63,606 bases of DNA, filler included, from Candidatus Sysuiplasma jiujiangense (GCA_019721075.1; 4 parts of 4 records of this genome joined end to end with filler, not necessarily neighbours in it); one strand, 5' to 3'; counted from the first letter of the whole stretch, positions 7,256 to 16,970 are shown. Made by a program: numbers and translations. The notes: generated by a model from the letters alone, not told the origin.

Positions 7256-10200
7256 TCACCTCTTCGTGTCCAGCTTGTATGTCTTGGTCTTGCCGCCGCT
7301 GGTAGCGACAACGTCTATGGGTGGCTTGCGCAGTTGTATGGCTGCTATCCCGATCCCTGCCAGTGTCAGCATGATAATGAGAAAGTTAGACAGGCCTCCG
7401 AAGAATGATATCAGTGTCCCAATTGTGAACGGGTTTGATGACAGGGAATTGGAGACAGAAAAGGGCATGACCATGGAATTGCTCGCAGAATTGTTGTTGA
7501 AAACAACCACCTTTATCCCGTACGTTCCCGAATCAAACTGTCCCTGGTTCATTGTGAGGTTGAAATATCCAATCTCCCCTGATGGCGTGTACGTGGAATT
7601 TATCGCTGTGGGGGAGTACATAGTGCTGCCGATGAAGGCTTCAACCGCCGTGATCCCATGCAGTGACTGCACCTTGATCGTGTAATAAGTCATAGGCCCA
7701 ACGGAGTGCTGCTCATAGGAAAGGACGATGCTGCTGTTCGTTCCCTGTGGTAGGACGCTGATGTATTGAGTTGAAGTCGAAGATGCCCCGAGACCATCGG
7801 TCACGGTGACTGATATGGTGTAGTTTCCCGCATGACTGAAGTAGAATAACACCGACTGCCCGGAATACGATGACCCGTTGATATCCCATGAATAGGAGAA
7901 GGTCGATGAGTCCGGCGCTGTGGCAGTGGCATTCAGGGAGAGCATGGTCCCAACGGGTATCTCCTTGGGGGGCGAGAATGAAATGGTTGGTTTGGCAGGT
8001 ATCATCCTCACTGTGAGGTCCTGAGTCCATGTTTTTCCGTTGTCGTAGGAGAATGTAGCGATCACAGGGTTGAACTCGTTGTATACAGGAAATTTGTAGC
8101 TTATGCTTAAGCCGGTGAGTGTCTGGCCATTTGGAAATGACCATGACATATTGTATGGGCCCTGGGCATCCCAATTAGGGGTGGCAGTGAAACGAAATAC
8201 CTGTGTGATGTTCAGGTTGGAAGAATAATTGAACTCAACAGGGGGAGGCAGGCTCTGTATGCTGATGTTCCTGGATCCGGTTGCTCCGTTTGCGCTAGAG
8301 ACGGTGAAATGAACAGAATAATTGCCCACAGGGAAAGAGTAAACGGGGTTCGGCAGCAGGGACGAGTGGTTTGGGGAGAAGGACCAGTTGTATGAGTATC
8401 CCGATCCACCCAGCACACTCGAACTGAACTGCACCGCCAGCGGTCCGAGACCGGATGTCTGGTTTGCGGCTATGGCGACGAAGAGGTGCACCTGGACTGT
8501 GAAATTCTGTGTGTCCACGTAACCGGATGAATCCGTTACCCTGGCCTCTATGGTATCGGGCCCGGATGACGAGAATACGTGCTGGATTGAAGTTCCGGAT
8601 TCTCTCTGCCCCGATGGGAAAATCCATGCTATGTTGTATGGGGCAATGCCGCCAGTCACATTGGCATATAATGGAAATTCCTCGGAAACTACAGCCTTTC
8701 CGGACCATGATACTGACACTGCCGGGTCACTGTATACTGTTACACTTACGGTAGATGATGCGTCCTTGCCGAATGAATCGGAAATGATGAGCTGAACCGT
8801 GTAATTGCCGGGAGTGGTGAATGAGTATGACACGGTTGCATTCTCATACATATGCCCGGCAATAAGCCATGTGTAACTGTAGGGCCCCACGCCTCCCGAT
8901 CCTGAAGACCGGAATGCATCCGTGACATTGGCATCAAGTAACGTCCTGGATGCTATTATGGATGCCACCGGGTATGATTCCACTGTGACGTCCAGGACAT
9001 GGGTTGAACTATCACCTTGGGAATCCTCCACAAGGAGCTTCACGGGATAAATTCCCGGCCTTGAGAATGAATAGTTAAGGGAGGATGCACTTCCGGAGAG
9101 GGAGCCGTTCACGTACCATGAGTATGAGTACCCCGGAGTGCCTCCTGTGATTACTGAGTTGAAGCTGTCAGTTACGTTGGGATCCACATTTGGGTACTGT
9201 GCAGATATCGTCACTGATGGAATGGAATTAATCCGGATCTCAATGGAAGAGGATGCCGAATTTCCAGCACCATCCGATACTTTCACTGTGACATTATAAT
9301 AACCTGACAGGCTGAAAGAATATATGAGATCCTGCTGGTACCCCACGTATCCGATGCCGGATATGGACCACGTGTAATTGTAGAATGGCGTCCCGCCCGA
9401 TATGGATGAATTGAAGTACACTGGAAATCCTATGTCCGTTGTAGTCCGGGATTCGGAGGGGGATACAACTGGCAGGGGTTTCACCGTGATATCCATGTAT
9501 GTGCTTGCCTTTGATCCCTGGCTGTCCACGATGAGCAGGGAAATATTATACGGGCCGGTTTTCGGGAAAGAATACTGGAAATACAGCCCGGATGAGGTGT
9601 TGACGCCATTCAGGTACCAGTAGTAGTTGTATGGGGCCGTACCATAGGACCCGAATCCTTCCCAGTACGTGGTCGTGGAAACATCCGTTTGGCTGGATCC
9701 CTCAATGAGTGCTGACGGTTTGGCAATCACCTTGATTGTGATAGACGATGCCGTTTGCTCGCCCAGGGAATCGGTTACCGTGAGGTTGACCGCGTATGAC
9801 CCGGGATCTGTGAATTGGAGGCGGAACTCCTGGGAGTAGTTTATGATCTTGCTGCCCAATGACCATGTATAATTGAAGGGTGAGCTCCCTCCGGTCACCT
9901 GGGCGAACAGCGTGTCATTTATCCCCTGATCCACGGTCGCATACTGGGCCTGTATGGACACCGTGGGGTCAGGGTTCACAACCTCGTTCACGGTATTTGA
10001 TGCCTGGTTTCCGCTGGCATCGGTGATTGTGAGCGATACAGTATATGTGCCGGAAGAGGTGAATGTGTAGTTCACATAGGAAGTGGTATACGCCTCACCG
10101 TTCACTGTCCATGCATACGTATAGCCTGGTGTCCCGCCGGATATGGATGCAGAGAAATTGACCCATATCCCGACGTCAGTAGGATTATGGACCACGTGAA

Positions 10201-12703
10201 TCACAACCGAAGGATCAGGGTTCACGGTCTCCGTAAGAGAGTAAGAAGCTGTATGGCCATCCCCGTCAGTGACGGTGACATTGACGTAGTATGATCCCGC
10301 CGAGGTGAAAGAGTAGGAGAATGCTGATGCGGTGGATTCCCGTACGCCATTTATGGTCCACGTATATGTGTCGGTGCCAGTCCCTCCAGAAACAACGGAA
10401 GAGAAGGATATGGAATTGCCAGCGTCAGTGGGGTTCTGCGAGCTGCTCACCGAAACAAGAGGGTTGTTGTTTATGGTAACGTTCACAGACGAGGAATACG
10501 TTTCGCCTAGGCTATCAGTTACTGTAATTTCGACAACATAGAACCCTGCGGAACTGAATGAGTAGGTAAAGTCTTGAGACGTGGACACCTGCGTTCCATT
10601 TATGATCCACGAATATGCATAGGGTGCCGTCCCTCCTGATGGGCTGGATGAAAAAGTTATATTATACCCGACATCCGCCGAACTGACTGAGGAGGATGCG
10701 GATACTATTGGATCGGAGTGCACGGTTTCGGATGTCGTGGCAGTTGCTGTTTCACCTGCCCCATCTGTTATGGACAGATCCTCGGTATATGATCCAGCTG
10801 CCAGGGTGGTGTTGAACGCAGGGGTCGTATAGGTGGACCCGGTACCTGTAAGGCTGTAAGTGTAGCCTGTGCCTGTCCCACCCATAACCGCTGTCAGGAA
10901 GAACTGCGGCACCGCCGCATCGGTGGTGCTCACGATGGGTGGGGTGCCGGAGACGGAGATTGATCCACCCGTAATATTCAGGGCGGACATTGATGCGCCG
11001 CCGCCCAGGTTCCCATTGTCAACTGCAAAGAAATACCATCCTGCCGAGAGTGTTTCCGTACCTGAATAAGCCGTAGCTCCTTGACTGACCCACGCACTGC
11101 TTCCGATGATGGATGTCCAGTCCACCCCGTTGTTGGATATGAACATTGCCCCGTTGTCGTCATATTCGCCATTAAACGTGTAAGTCCCGGCAGCGAAATA
11201 GAGCACCGTTACAGCCATGTACCCTTCATCGTATGCACCACCACTTGGCTCTGTATTCAGGACACCCAGTGATGAAGGGTATGCCACGTTGGGCCGACCA
11301 AGGAAGGACTGCCCGTTGTAATATGGATTTCCGTAGTCAAACCCGAATCCACCGTCATTGAACGTGCCCGTCCAGGTTGACACGTTGTTCGGGAAGGAGT
11401 TTGGCATCGACAGCGGGTAGGAACTGATGTCGGAATACGGAACAGCCCCCTCTGTCGGCCCTGAGGTGTACGAATATACGTAGAATACGCCCGGAGTCAT
11501 CGCATTGATGATGGCTGCCTGCGGATCGGGGTAAACGATCTGAGTCAGGGATGGGCTTTGAGCGGTATAACCATTAGTATCCGTGATGACCACATATACT
11601 GAATTTGATCCACCGGATGTGAAGTCCTCTGTCCACTGGCTGCTTGACGTGGACTGCACCGAATTCCCATTGAGATAGAAGTTGTAGTTGCTGTAGGAGC
11701 CGGAACCGCCAGAACCAGAAGCCGTGAACACAACATTCTGCCCCACATCTGACGGATTCAAATTTGAGGTTATCGAGACTCCGAGAGTGGGGTCAATTGT
11801 TTCCGCGAATGTCGGTGACGTGCCGGTCAAGCCAGAGGATGTGGCCACCACGTAGAAGTCATATGGACTTGAGGAAGAGGAAGATTCTGATGTTGTGTAT
11901 GTAGACCCCGTGGCACCCGAAATTGCCGTTCCTGATCCTGATGCACCGGAGTACCACTGATAAGTGTATGACCCTGAGCCGCCGGTTGCCGATGCGGTGA
12001 GGGTGAACTGCTGGCCGACATCGGCTGGATTTTGGCTTGAACTGACGGAAACGACAACGGGGTTCTCGACAACCTGGGTGTATGAATTGGATGCGGAACC
12101 AGCGTCTGTGGAAATCGACAGTGAAATGGTATATGACCCTGCAACTGAGTCCGTCCATGTCGGGTTGGATGCAGTTGTGCTTGAGAGAGATCCTGCGGAT
12201 GCGCTCCATGAGTATGCCCCTCCGTTCACATCTTCGAAGTTCGCATTGGACGATAAGTCGACTGTCCCGGATGTCACAACCGGGTTCGGGGAGCCCGATA
12301 CCGACGTGAGCGATGGGGCGACAGGGGACCCTGAATAATCGCTGGGATATGTTCCGGCGGTTCCCGAGGTGCCTCCGGAGACAGAATATCCCGGGACGCC
12401 ACCCAATGACCAGCTTATGGTCGGCGACGTCGATGGGTTCCTCAGTGTCACTTGGTATGTGATAGTACCACCGGGTGCAGCGCTTCCATAGCCGCCTATG
12501 GACCATGACGAGATCTCGGTAGACAGGCCTGATTCATCCCATGTCCATGTGTATGTAGTAGTCGTCGTGTCCGGGTTGTATGCAGCGATCTGCTTTTCCG
12601 CCGGGGCAAGCGTGATCAGGAGCATGAGGGATACAAATATCAGTGCAATGGGAACGACGTACCTTTTCCTGCCGTTCAGGGCACGGGCAATGATGGATTT
12701 CAT
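7256..12703 (-). CDS. Giant PKD/Ig-repeat surface protein (1815 aa) with a PA14-like insert
   Basis: N-terminal signal, many GGTxPYxYxW...GxYxVxLxVxD repeats, C-terminal TM and short tail. Confidence 0.9.
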   Translation of the reverse strand: MKSIIARALNGRKRYVVPIALIFVSLMLLITLAPAEKQIAAYNPDTTTTTYTWTWDESGLSTEISSWSIGGYGSAAPGGTITYQVTLRNPSTSPTISWSLGGVPGYSVSGGTSGTAGTYPSDYSGSPVAPSLTSVSGSPNPVVTSGTVDLSSNANFEDVNGGAYSWSASAGSLSSTTASNPTWTDSVAGSYTISLSISTDAGSASNSYTQVVENPVVVSVSSSQNPADVGQQFTLTASATGGSGSYTYQWYSGASGSGTAISGATGSTYTTSESSSSSSPYDFYVVATSSGLTGTSPTFAETIDPTLGVSITSNLNPSDVGQNVVFTASGSGGSGSYSNYNFYLNGNSVQSTSSSQWTEDFTSGGSNSVYVVITDTNGYTAQSPSLTQIVYPDPQAAIINAMTPGVFYVYSYTSGPTEGAVPYSDISSYPLSMPNSFPNNVSTWTGTFNDGGFGFDYGNPYYNGQSFLGRPNVAYPSSLGVLNTEPSGGAYDEGYMAVTVLYFAAGTYTFNGEYDDNGAMFISNNGVDWTSIIGSSAWVSQGATAYSGTETLSAGWYFFAVDNGNLGGGASMSALNITGGSISVSGTPPIVSTTDAAVPQFFLTAVMGGTGTGYTYSLTGTGSTYTTPAFNTTLAAGSYTEDLSITDGAGETATATTSETVHSDPIVSASSSVSSADVGYNITFSSSPSGGTAPYAYSWIINGTQVSTSQDFTYSFSSAGFYVVEITVTDSLGETYSSSVNVTINNNPLVSVSSSQNPTDAGNSISFSSVVSGGTGTDTYTWTINGVRESTASAFSYSFTSAGSYYVNVTVTDGDGHTASYSLTETVNPDPSVVIHVVHNPTDVGIWVNFSASISGGTPGYTYAWTVNGEAYTTSYVNYTFTSSGTYTVSLTITDASGNQASNTVNEVVNPDPTVSIQAQYATVDQGINDTLFAQVTGGSSPFNYTWSLGSKIINYSQEFRLQFTDPGSYAVNLTVTDSLGEQTASSITIKVIAKPSALIEGSSQTDVSTTTYWEGFGSYGTAPYNYYWYLNGVNTSSGLYFQYSFPKTGPYNISLLIVDSQGSKASTYMDITVKPLPVVSPSESRTTTDIGFPVYFNSSISGGTPFYNYTWSISGIGYVGYQQDLIYSFSLSGYYNVTVKVSDGAGNSASSSIEIRINSIPSVTISAQYPNVDPNVTDSFNSVITGGTPGYSYSWYVNGSLSGSASSLNYSFSRPGIYPVKLLVEDSQGDSSTHVLDVTVESYPVASIIASRTLLDANVTDAFRSSGSGGVGPYSYTWLIAGHMYENATVSYSFTTPGNYTVQLIISDSFGKDASSTVSVTVYSDPAVSVSWSGKAVVSEEFPLYANVTGGIAPYNIAWIFPSGQRESGTSIQHVFSSSGPDTIEARVTDSSGYVDTQNFTVQVHLFVAIAANQTSGLGPLAVQFSSSVLGGSGYSYNWSFSPNHSSLLPNPVYSFPVGNYSVHFTVSSANGATGSRNISIQSLPPPVEFNYSSNLNITQVFRFTATPNWDAQGPYNMSWSFPNGQTLTGLSISYKFPVYNEFNPVIATFSYDNGKTWTQDLTVRMIPAKPTISFSPPKEIPVGTMLSLNATATAPDSSTFSYSWDINGSSYSGQSVLFYFSHAGNYTISVTVTDGLGASSTSTQYISVLPQGTNSSIVLSYEQHSVGPMTYYTIKVQSLHGITAVEAFIGSTMYSPTAINSTYTPSGEIGYFNLTMNQGQFDSGTYGIKVVVFNNNSASNSMVMPFSVSNSLSSNPFTIGTLISFFGGLSNFLIIMLTLAGIGIAAIQLRKPPIDVVATSGGKTKTYKLDTKR

Positions 12704-13014
12704 GCCACCCCCCCCACCACGGGCAGGTCATGCACAATCATGCCCATTATCAGTACGATGGAAATGAATAAGGCGAGCAGGATGACAAATATAGGCAACG
12801 CAAACGGTCCCATGGATGCGGCCACCGACACGAATGATGCCATGACTCCGGAAATAACCCCAAAAATAACGCTGAGCATTAAGTTAAACAGTTCAGCCAG
12901 GTAGTACAGGGACATTGCAAAAAAGTACAGGATGATCTGTATGACGTTGTTAATGGCATCCAGCGGGTTCAGCCATGAGATCAGGGAAGGCGGGCTCACC
13001 CCATAATATGACAT
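12700..13014 (-). CDS. Small hydrophobic protein (coat/pilin-like paralog 3)
   Basis: Hydrophobic helices; ortholog of 48628-48942. Confidence 0.8.
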   Translation of the reverse strand: MSYYGVSPPSLISWLNPLDAINNVIQIILYFFAMSLYYLAELFNLMLSVIFGVISGVMASFVSVAASMGPFALPIFVILLALFISIVLIMGMIVHDLPVVGGVA

Positions 13015-13292
13015 TATTCACTCACCATATCCTTTATCGGGACCGTGAAGGAGAATACCAGGAACAATCCTACCAATGTCATGCCTCCCGATGCCACAAT
13101 GATTGTTGGGGCCAGGAATCCGTAATTCCCCTGCCATGCATTGAATACCGAGACAAAATCCCCTGTCACTGAATGAAATAGTGGCAGGATCAGGGTATTT
13201 TCCAGATCCGAGAGGAGGTTCTGGAAGAACGCATATAGAACCTTCAGGAACCCCCAGAGGGGGGACGACTGAATGGCAGAGGCTATGGACAT
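13014..13292 (-). CDS. Small hydrophobic protein (coat/pilin-like paralog 2)
   Basis: YGFLAP...PIKDMV; ortholog of 48942-49220. Confidence 0.8.
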   Translation of the reverse strand: MSIASAIQSSPLWGFLKVLYAFFQNLLSDLENTLILPLFHSVTGDFVSVFNAWQGNYGFLAPTIIVASGGMTLVGLFLVFSFTVPIKDMVSE

Positions 13293-13299
13293 TCATGCC

Positions 13300-13683
13300 T
13301 CACACATCGTCTTCCATGCTCACGAGATCCCTCATTGGCCCCACAAGGGCAAGTATCAGGAAACCAGCAAGCAAAGCGATCCCAATGCCGAAGACAAACA
13401 TCAGGGGGCCGTAGACTCCATACCCGGCTAACGAAAAACCGAATCCCTGGAACATGATATTGATGGAGTTGGAGAACCCGGAGAATATGCCTCCGAACAT
13501 TGTTCCCAGTCCGTTGACTATTACCTGCAGGAAGCCCATCAGGAGATTCCATATGCTGTTGAAAACGGTACTGCCCAGCGAGGATGAGGACGTGGCCATG
13601 GGAATGAAGGTCAGGGAGAAAATAGAGATCTTCATCCTCGCCTTCCTGATTTTCTTCACATGGAATATGAGCCGGTTTAACAT
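13300..13683 (-). CDS. Small hydrophobic protein with basic leader (coat/pilin-like paralog 1)
   Basis: Start MLNRL after a GGGAGGG SD; YGVYGP...PMRDLV; ortholog of 49232-49609. Confidence 0.8.
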   Translation of the reverse strand: MLNRLIFHVKKIRKARMKISIFSLTFIPMATSSSSLGSTVFNSIWNLLMGFLQVIVNGLGTMFGGIFSGFSNSINIMFQGFGFSLAGYGVYGPLMFVFGIGIALLAGFLILALVGPMRDLVSMEDDV

Positions 13684-13684
13684 C

Positions 13685-14914
13685 TCACTTCCCTCCCTTC
13701 TTCGCCGAATTCTGCCTGTCGAACACGCCGATGTCGTACCACGGAGCCACGAGTATGGCAGCAACGAATGTGAATATGGTGCCTATGAGGTACCCGGTCT
13801 GCTCTGCACTGTAAGACCCGATGATGGTCGTTAGGCCTGTGTTGCCATACACGTGGAAGCTGATTGATATGCTCGTAACGTTGCTCTGAACGAGGATCAT
13901 GATGTTCTCTGACTGATTTCCCGTCAGGGATGATGATGAAATCGAAAAGGAGACTGACGTTAGGTTTTTCAGTGACTGGTATGCGAACGGCTCGAAACTT
14001 GATACGTTGAAACCCGTACCCAGTGAAACGTTTGCGGGATGCGAATCAGTAGAAGATATAGATATCTTGGACACTGCGAAGTTGTTCAGCTCCGCAACGG
14101 TGAGGTTGGTACGGATCCATACCTGGTTTGAGTATGAGGTGACGTTGTTCACTGTACTGGATGGGAAATCAAAGGTCGCCGTTCCGTTGACCTGGCCAAA
14201 GGGTATCGCCCCAGAGGATCCGTAAACGTACGAGGTGATGGACTCGGATTGGAGCACCGAGGAATTGTCGGTTCCCGCTACAAGGGCATGGCCGATCCCC
14301 GCAGAGAGGAAAATCATGAGGAAGACGGATATGAGGGCGATAAACAGCCCTAAGAACTTTCGGGCCGCCTTCCCTGATCCGGATTCCTTAAAATTGAGGG
14401 ATTTTACCTTTGGTCCTTTCTGTCCCATATATCCCTTCCTGTCAGACCAGGCTGCATCCCATATGACAACGAGACCGAAAACCAGTATGGATACCAGGTA
14501 CAGTACGGCTGCCTCGTTGCCGTTGAACGCGGGCACGATGATGTACTGGGCAAAGCCAAATTCGTATCCCAGGAAACCGCCGATGAATCCTCCAAGGACA
14601 AAGCCAGCGAATGCCCGCCAGATTAGATCCAGGATGCTCTTCCCGGGTGGCGTCAGGGTTTCGATAACGGCCCAGACGACAGCCCCAAATATGATCGCCG
14701 GGGCAATTATCCCATCATTGAATACAACAACATGACCGACTATGGTATACGTGGGTCTTGCCAGCAGGCCAACAAAAAGCATGAGGGTCGCAAGCAGCCC
14801 TATGACCAGTTCGCCGATTCTCCATTTGCCCACGTGGGTCGGGATGTTCTTTTTCGTCTTTCCAGAACTCTTTGCCGGGTTGCCGGCTTTTGAACCTTTA
14901 TTTTTCTTTGCCAT
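13685..14914 (-). CDS. Polytopic membrane protein with extracellular beta domain and C-terminal TM
   Basis: About 5 N-terminal TMs, N-x-S/T-rich domain; ortholog of 49611-50840. Confidence 0.85.
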   Translation of the reverse strand: MAKKNKGSKAGNPAKSSGKTKKNIPTHVGKWRIGELVIGLLATLMLFVGLLARPTYTIVGHVVVFNDGIIAPAIIFGAVVWAVIETLTPPGKSILDLIWRAFAGFVLGGFIGGFLGYEFGFAQYIIVPAFNGNEAAVLYLVSILVFGLVVIWDAAWSDRKGYMGQKGPKVKSLNFKESGSGKAARKFLGLFIALISVFLMIFLSAGIGHALVAGTDNSSVLQSESITSYVYGSSGAIPFGQVNGTATFDFPSSTVNNVTSYSNQVWIRTNLTVAELNNFAVSKISISSTDSHPANVSLGTGFNVSSFEPFAYQSLKNLTSVSFSISSSSLTGNQSENIMILVQSNVTSISISFHVYGNTGLTTIIGSYSAEQTGYLIGTIFTFVAAILVAPWYDIGVFDRQNSAKKGGK

Positions 14915-14986
14915 CTCTACTTCTCCCCCACGGAAGAAGCGGAGCCTGAACTCACGGAAATTAGCATCCGCCTCTCCGTAAGTTCA
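14915..14986 (-). promoter_or_regulatory. Structured RNA leader (12-bp hairpin, pseudoknot, alternative SD-sequestering hairpin)
   Basis: Stem 14947-14958/14975-14986 with one G-U pair on the minus strand; same architecture at 50841-50917. Confidence 0.6.
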
Positions 14987-15283
14987 CTTACCCTTACGAC
15001 GTCCTTCATTAAATAGAACACTCTTCTTGTATCGAGATCCCCTCGAAGCAGTTCGCAGGTGAATCACATCAACCCGACCCATTTCCCCAAGACCCCGTAA
15101 GATTTTCTGGACACGGTAGATGGATGACCTACTGGAATCACTCAAGTATCCATCTCGGACCAGGATCGTGGTAATTCTTTTACAAGAGAATGACAAATTC
15201 GGATACCTGTCAAGAACAGAGAACACTCTCTGTTCCTCTTCAGACAGCAGCGACCTCCTTTCCTCTGGCGACTGTAACTGCAT
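14984..15283 (-). CDS. Putative winged-helix DNA-binding protein
   Basis: Basic 99 aa with LSEEEQRVF...RVQKILRGL...GRV pattern; coupled to the upstream gene. Confidence 0.5.
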   Translation of the reverse strand: MQLQSPEERRSLLSEEEQRVFSVLDRYPNLSFSCKRITTILVRDGYLSDSSRSSIYRVQKILRGLGEMGRVDVIHLRTASRGSRYKKSVLFNEGRRKGK

Positions 15284-15822
15284 TATTTCGATACTTTATC
15301 ACCATCCTTGCTTTCAGTATCTGGAGCTGTATCCGGACCCCACGTCAGCTCTATTTCACAGGATCCAAGGAGCAGCTTCTCGTTCTTCTTGCAGCTCCTG
15401 ACCAGGCTCCTCTTTCCCGCCGGACCAACGGAATACAGGACAAACTGGTACTTGTTCCGGCTGTACGACAGGAGATATTTCTCTCTCTCGGGGTTAACGT
15501 TTTGGGTTAACGGATTGACGGATTCATGCGTTAACCTTTTAGATGGCCTATTGAAAATGAATTCTGATGGCTTTCCCGGAATACGGAGCTGCTGGAAGTG
15601 TTCGCACTTCTCCACAGGCCTGAATGATCTCTTCGGGTCCATCTGGTTATGTAAGATGCAGACAGGGCAGATTCCCATCCAGTATCCATCCTCGTAGGAA
15701 CCGGAGACCTGGGACGTCCTTCCCCGGTTAACGGGTTTACGGTTAACAGGGTTAACGTTAACCTTGTGAGCTCTTCTCTGTCTCATGTACTCTGCCATCT
15801 TTGCTGGGTCCTTGTAGGGCAT
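15283..15822 (-). CDS. Hypothetical protein with MPYKDP...EYMR start, VN repeats and CxxC/CxH
   Basis: ORF track; stop/start coupling. Confidence 0.7.
   Translation of the reverse strand: MPYKDPAKMAEYMRQRRAHKVNVNPVNRKPVNRGRTSQVSGSYEDGYWMGICPVCILHNQMDPKRSFRPVEKCEHFQQLRIPGKPSEFIFNRPSKRLTHESVNPLTQNVNPEREKYLLSYSRNKYQFVLYSVGPAGKRSLVRSCKKNEKLLLGSCEIELTWGPDTAPDTESKDGDKVSK
15493..15762. repeat. Cluster of seven GTTAAC palindromes
   Basis: GTTAAC at 15493, 15506, 15530, 15727, 15742, 15751 and 15757; GTTTAC variant at 15735. Confidence 0.8.
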
Positions 15823-15956
15823 CAGGTCTTCCTCCCGAAATTATGATACTTCCTGGCAGCTGCTATGTCTGACTGGATTACCTCAAAGAAGATCTCCTCT
15901 TCACCAGGTGTGAGGTCCAGCTGGACCTTGAGGTTTCCGTAAGTTAGGGTCTTCAT
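15822..15956 (-). CDS. Small hypothetical protein (44 aa, MKTLTYGNLKVQ...)
   Basis: Hand-translated; fills the gap with ATGA and TGATG overlaps. Confidence 0.6.
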   Translation of the reverse strand: MKTLTYGNLKVQLDLTPGEEEIFFEVIQSDIAAARKYHNFGRKT

Positions 15957-16723
15957 TTCAGGACCTCCAGACTGACATCAGGAGCTTCCAGGTATAGCGG
16001 ACGCATCTTCCTCTTAACTTCTTCCTTAATTCGCTCATCGGTTATCTTTGGAAAATATGCCCTCAGTTCCGAAACAAGGGTTTGGTCAGAAATTATGCCC
16101 GCTTCCATGTCGGCAAAGAACTTCCTGTCAACCGATATGTTCAGTGAATCAAACGAAGCAGGCGATACGTAAGCTTTCAAATGCTCCGGGTCGGGTACAA
16201 CCCTGCCGTTCCTTATGGTGAGCTTCACTTTTGCAAGGGACCGCAACACATCCTGGTCGTTGCCTTCATAGATTACACTGCTGCCGAGGAACATGAAATT
16301 ATACTTTTTCCTGTCCTTGAGCTCCCTGCAGAGGTCAGAAATTTCACCTTCAGGCATCGGAACCGGAGTAATTCTTCTTATCCTGTTCGATTCTATCAAG
16401 GTATGGAGATACCACGCTCCGCAATCTTCCTCCACCCTGATGTCCACCTGCAGGCTCTTCTTCCTTGCAACGTTCTCCCTCAGGTACTTTGCCCTGGATT
16501 GCAGCGGTGCAAGCTCCTCAATGAGCAATCTTATTTTCTGGTCAATGTCCTCCAGTTCTTTCTCTTCCGGATCCTTTCCAAGGGCAAGGTCAATGTCCCT
16601 CTCAACCATTTTACCGATATCAAGTCCCAGTTCCCTTGCCCGTGCAAGCTTGCTTGCCCTCATGCTAATAGATACCGGGACTTTTCTGTCTTCCACCGGT
16701 GGTCTTCCCATCACAGAATTCAT
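15953..16723 (-). CDS. RHH/CopG-like regulator with coiled coil
   Basis: MGRPP...KVPVSISM...ARELGLDIGKMV. Confidence 0.55.
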   Translation of the reverse strand: MNSVMGRPPVEDRKVPVSISMRASKLARARELGLDIGKMVERDIDLALGKDPEEKELEDIDQKIRLLIEELAPLQSRAKYLRENVARKKSLQVDIRVEEDCGAWYLHTLIESNRIRRITPVPMPEGEISDLCRELKDRKKYNFMFLGSSVIYEGNDQDVLRSLAKVKLTIRNGRVVPDPEHLKAYVSPASFDSLNISVDRKFFADMEAGIISDQTLVSELRAYFPKITDERIKEEVKRKMRPLYLEAPDVSLEVLK

Positions 16724-16970
16724 GGTTTGACCTCCGTTAAGGGTAGATTTCCAGTAGAAAATAAAGTAAGAAGTGAGTAAGTAAGTAAGTTCAAGAAAGA
16801 GTTTAATAATTTAATTATTAAAGTCAATTGTAAAAAATAAGATAATAGCGGTTTTCCGAGAACCACCATTTTTACTTTCCTTATTAAGAAAAGTCCTACA
16901 TGGCTAAAATACACGTTCTCCGAGACATTGTTAAACTCTGCACTTTTCTTAATAAGATTAATAAGAAAAC
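16724..16970. promoter_or_regulatory. AT-rich intergenic region with a 15-bp inverted repeat; candidate origin or operator
   Basis: CTTATTAAGAAAAGT 16880-16894 / ACTTTTCTTAATAAG 16942-16956; GTAA tandem repeats near 16763-16790. Confidence 0.5.
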
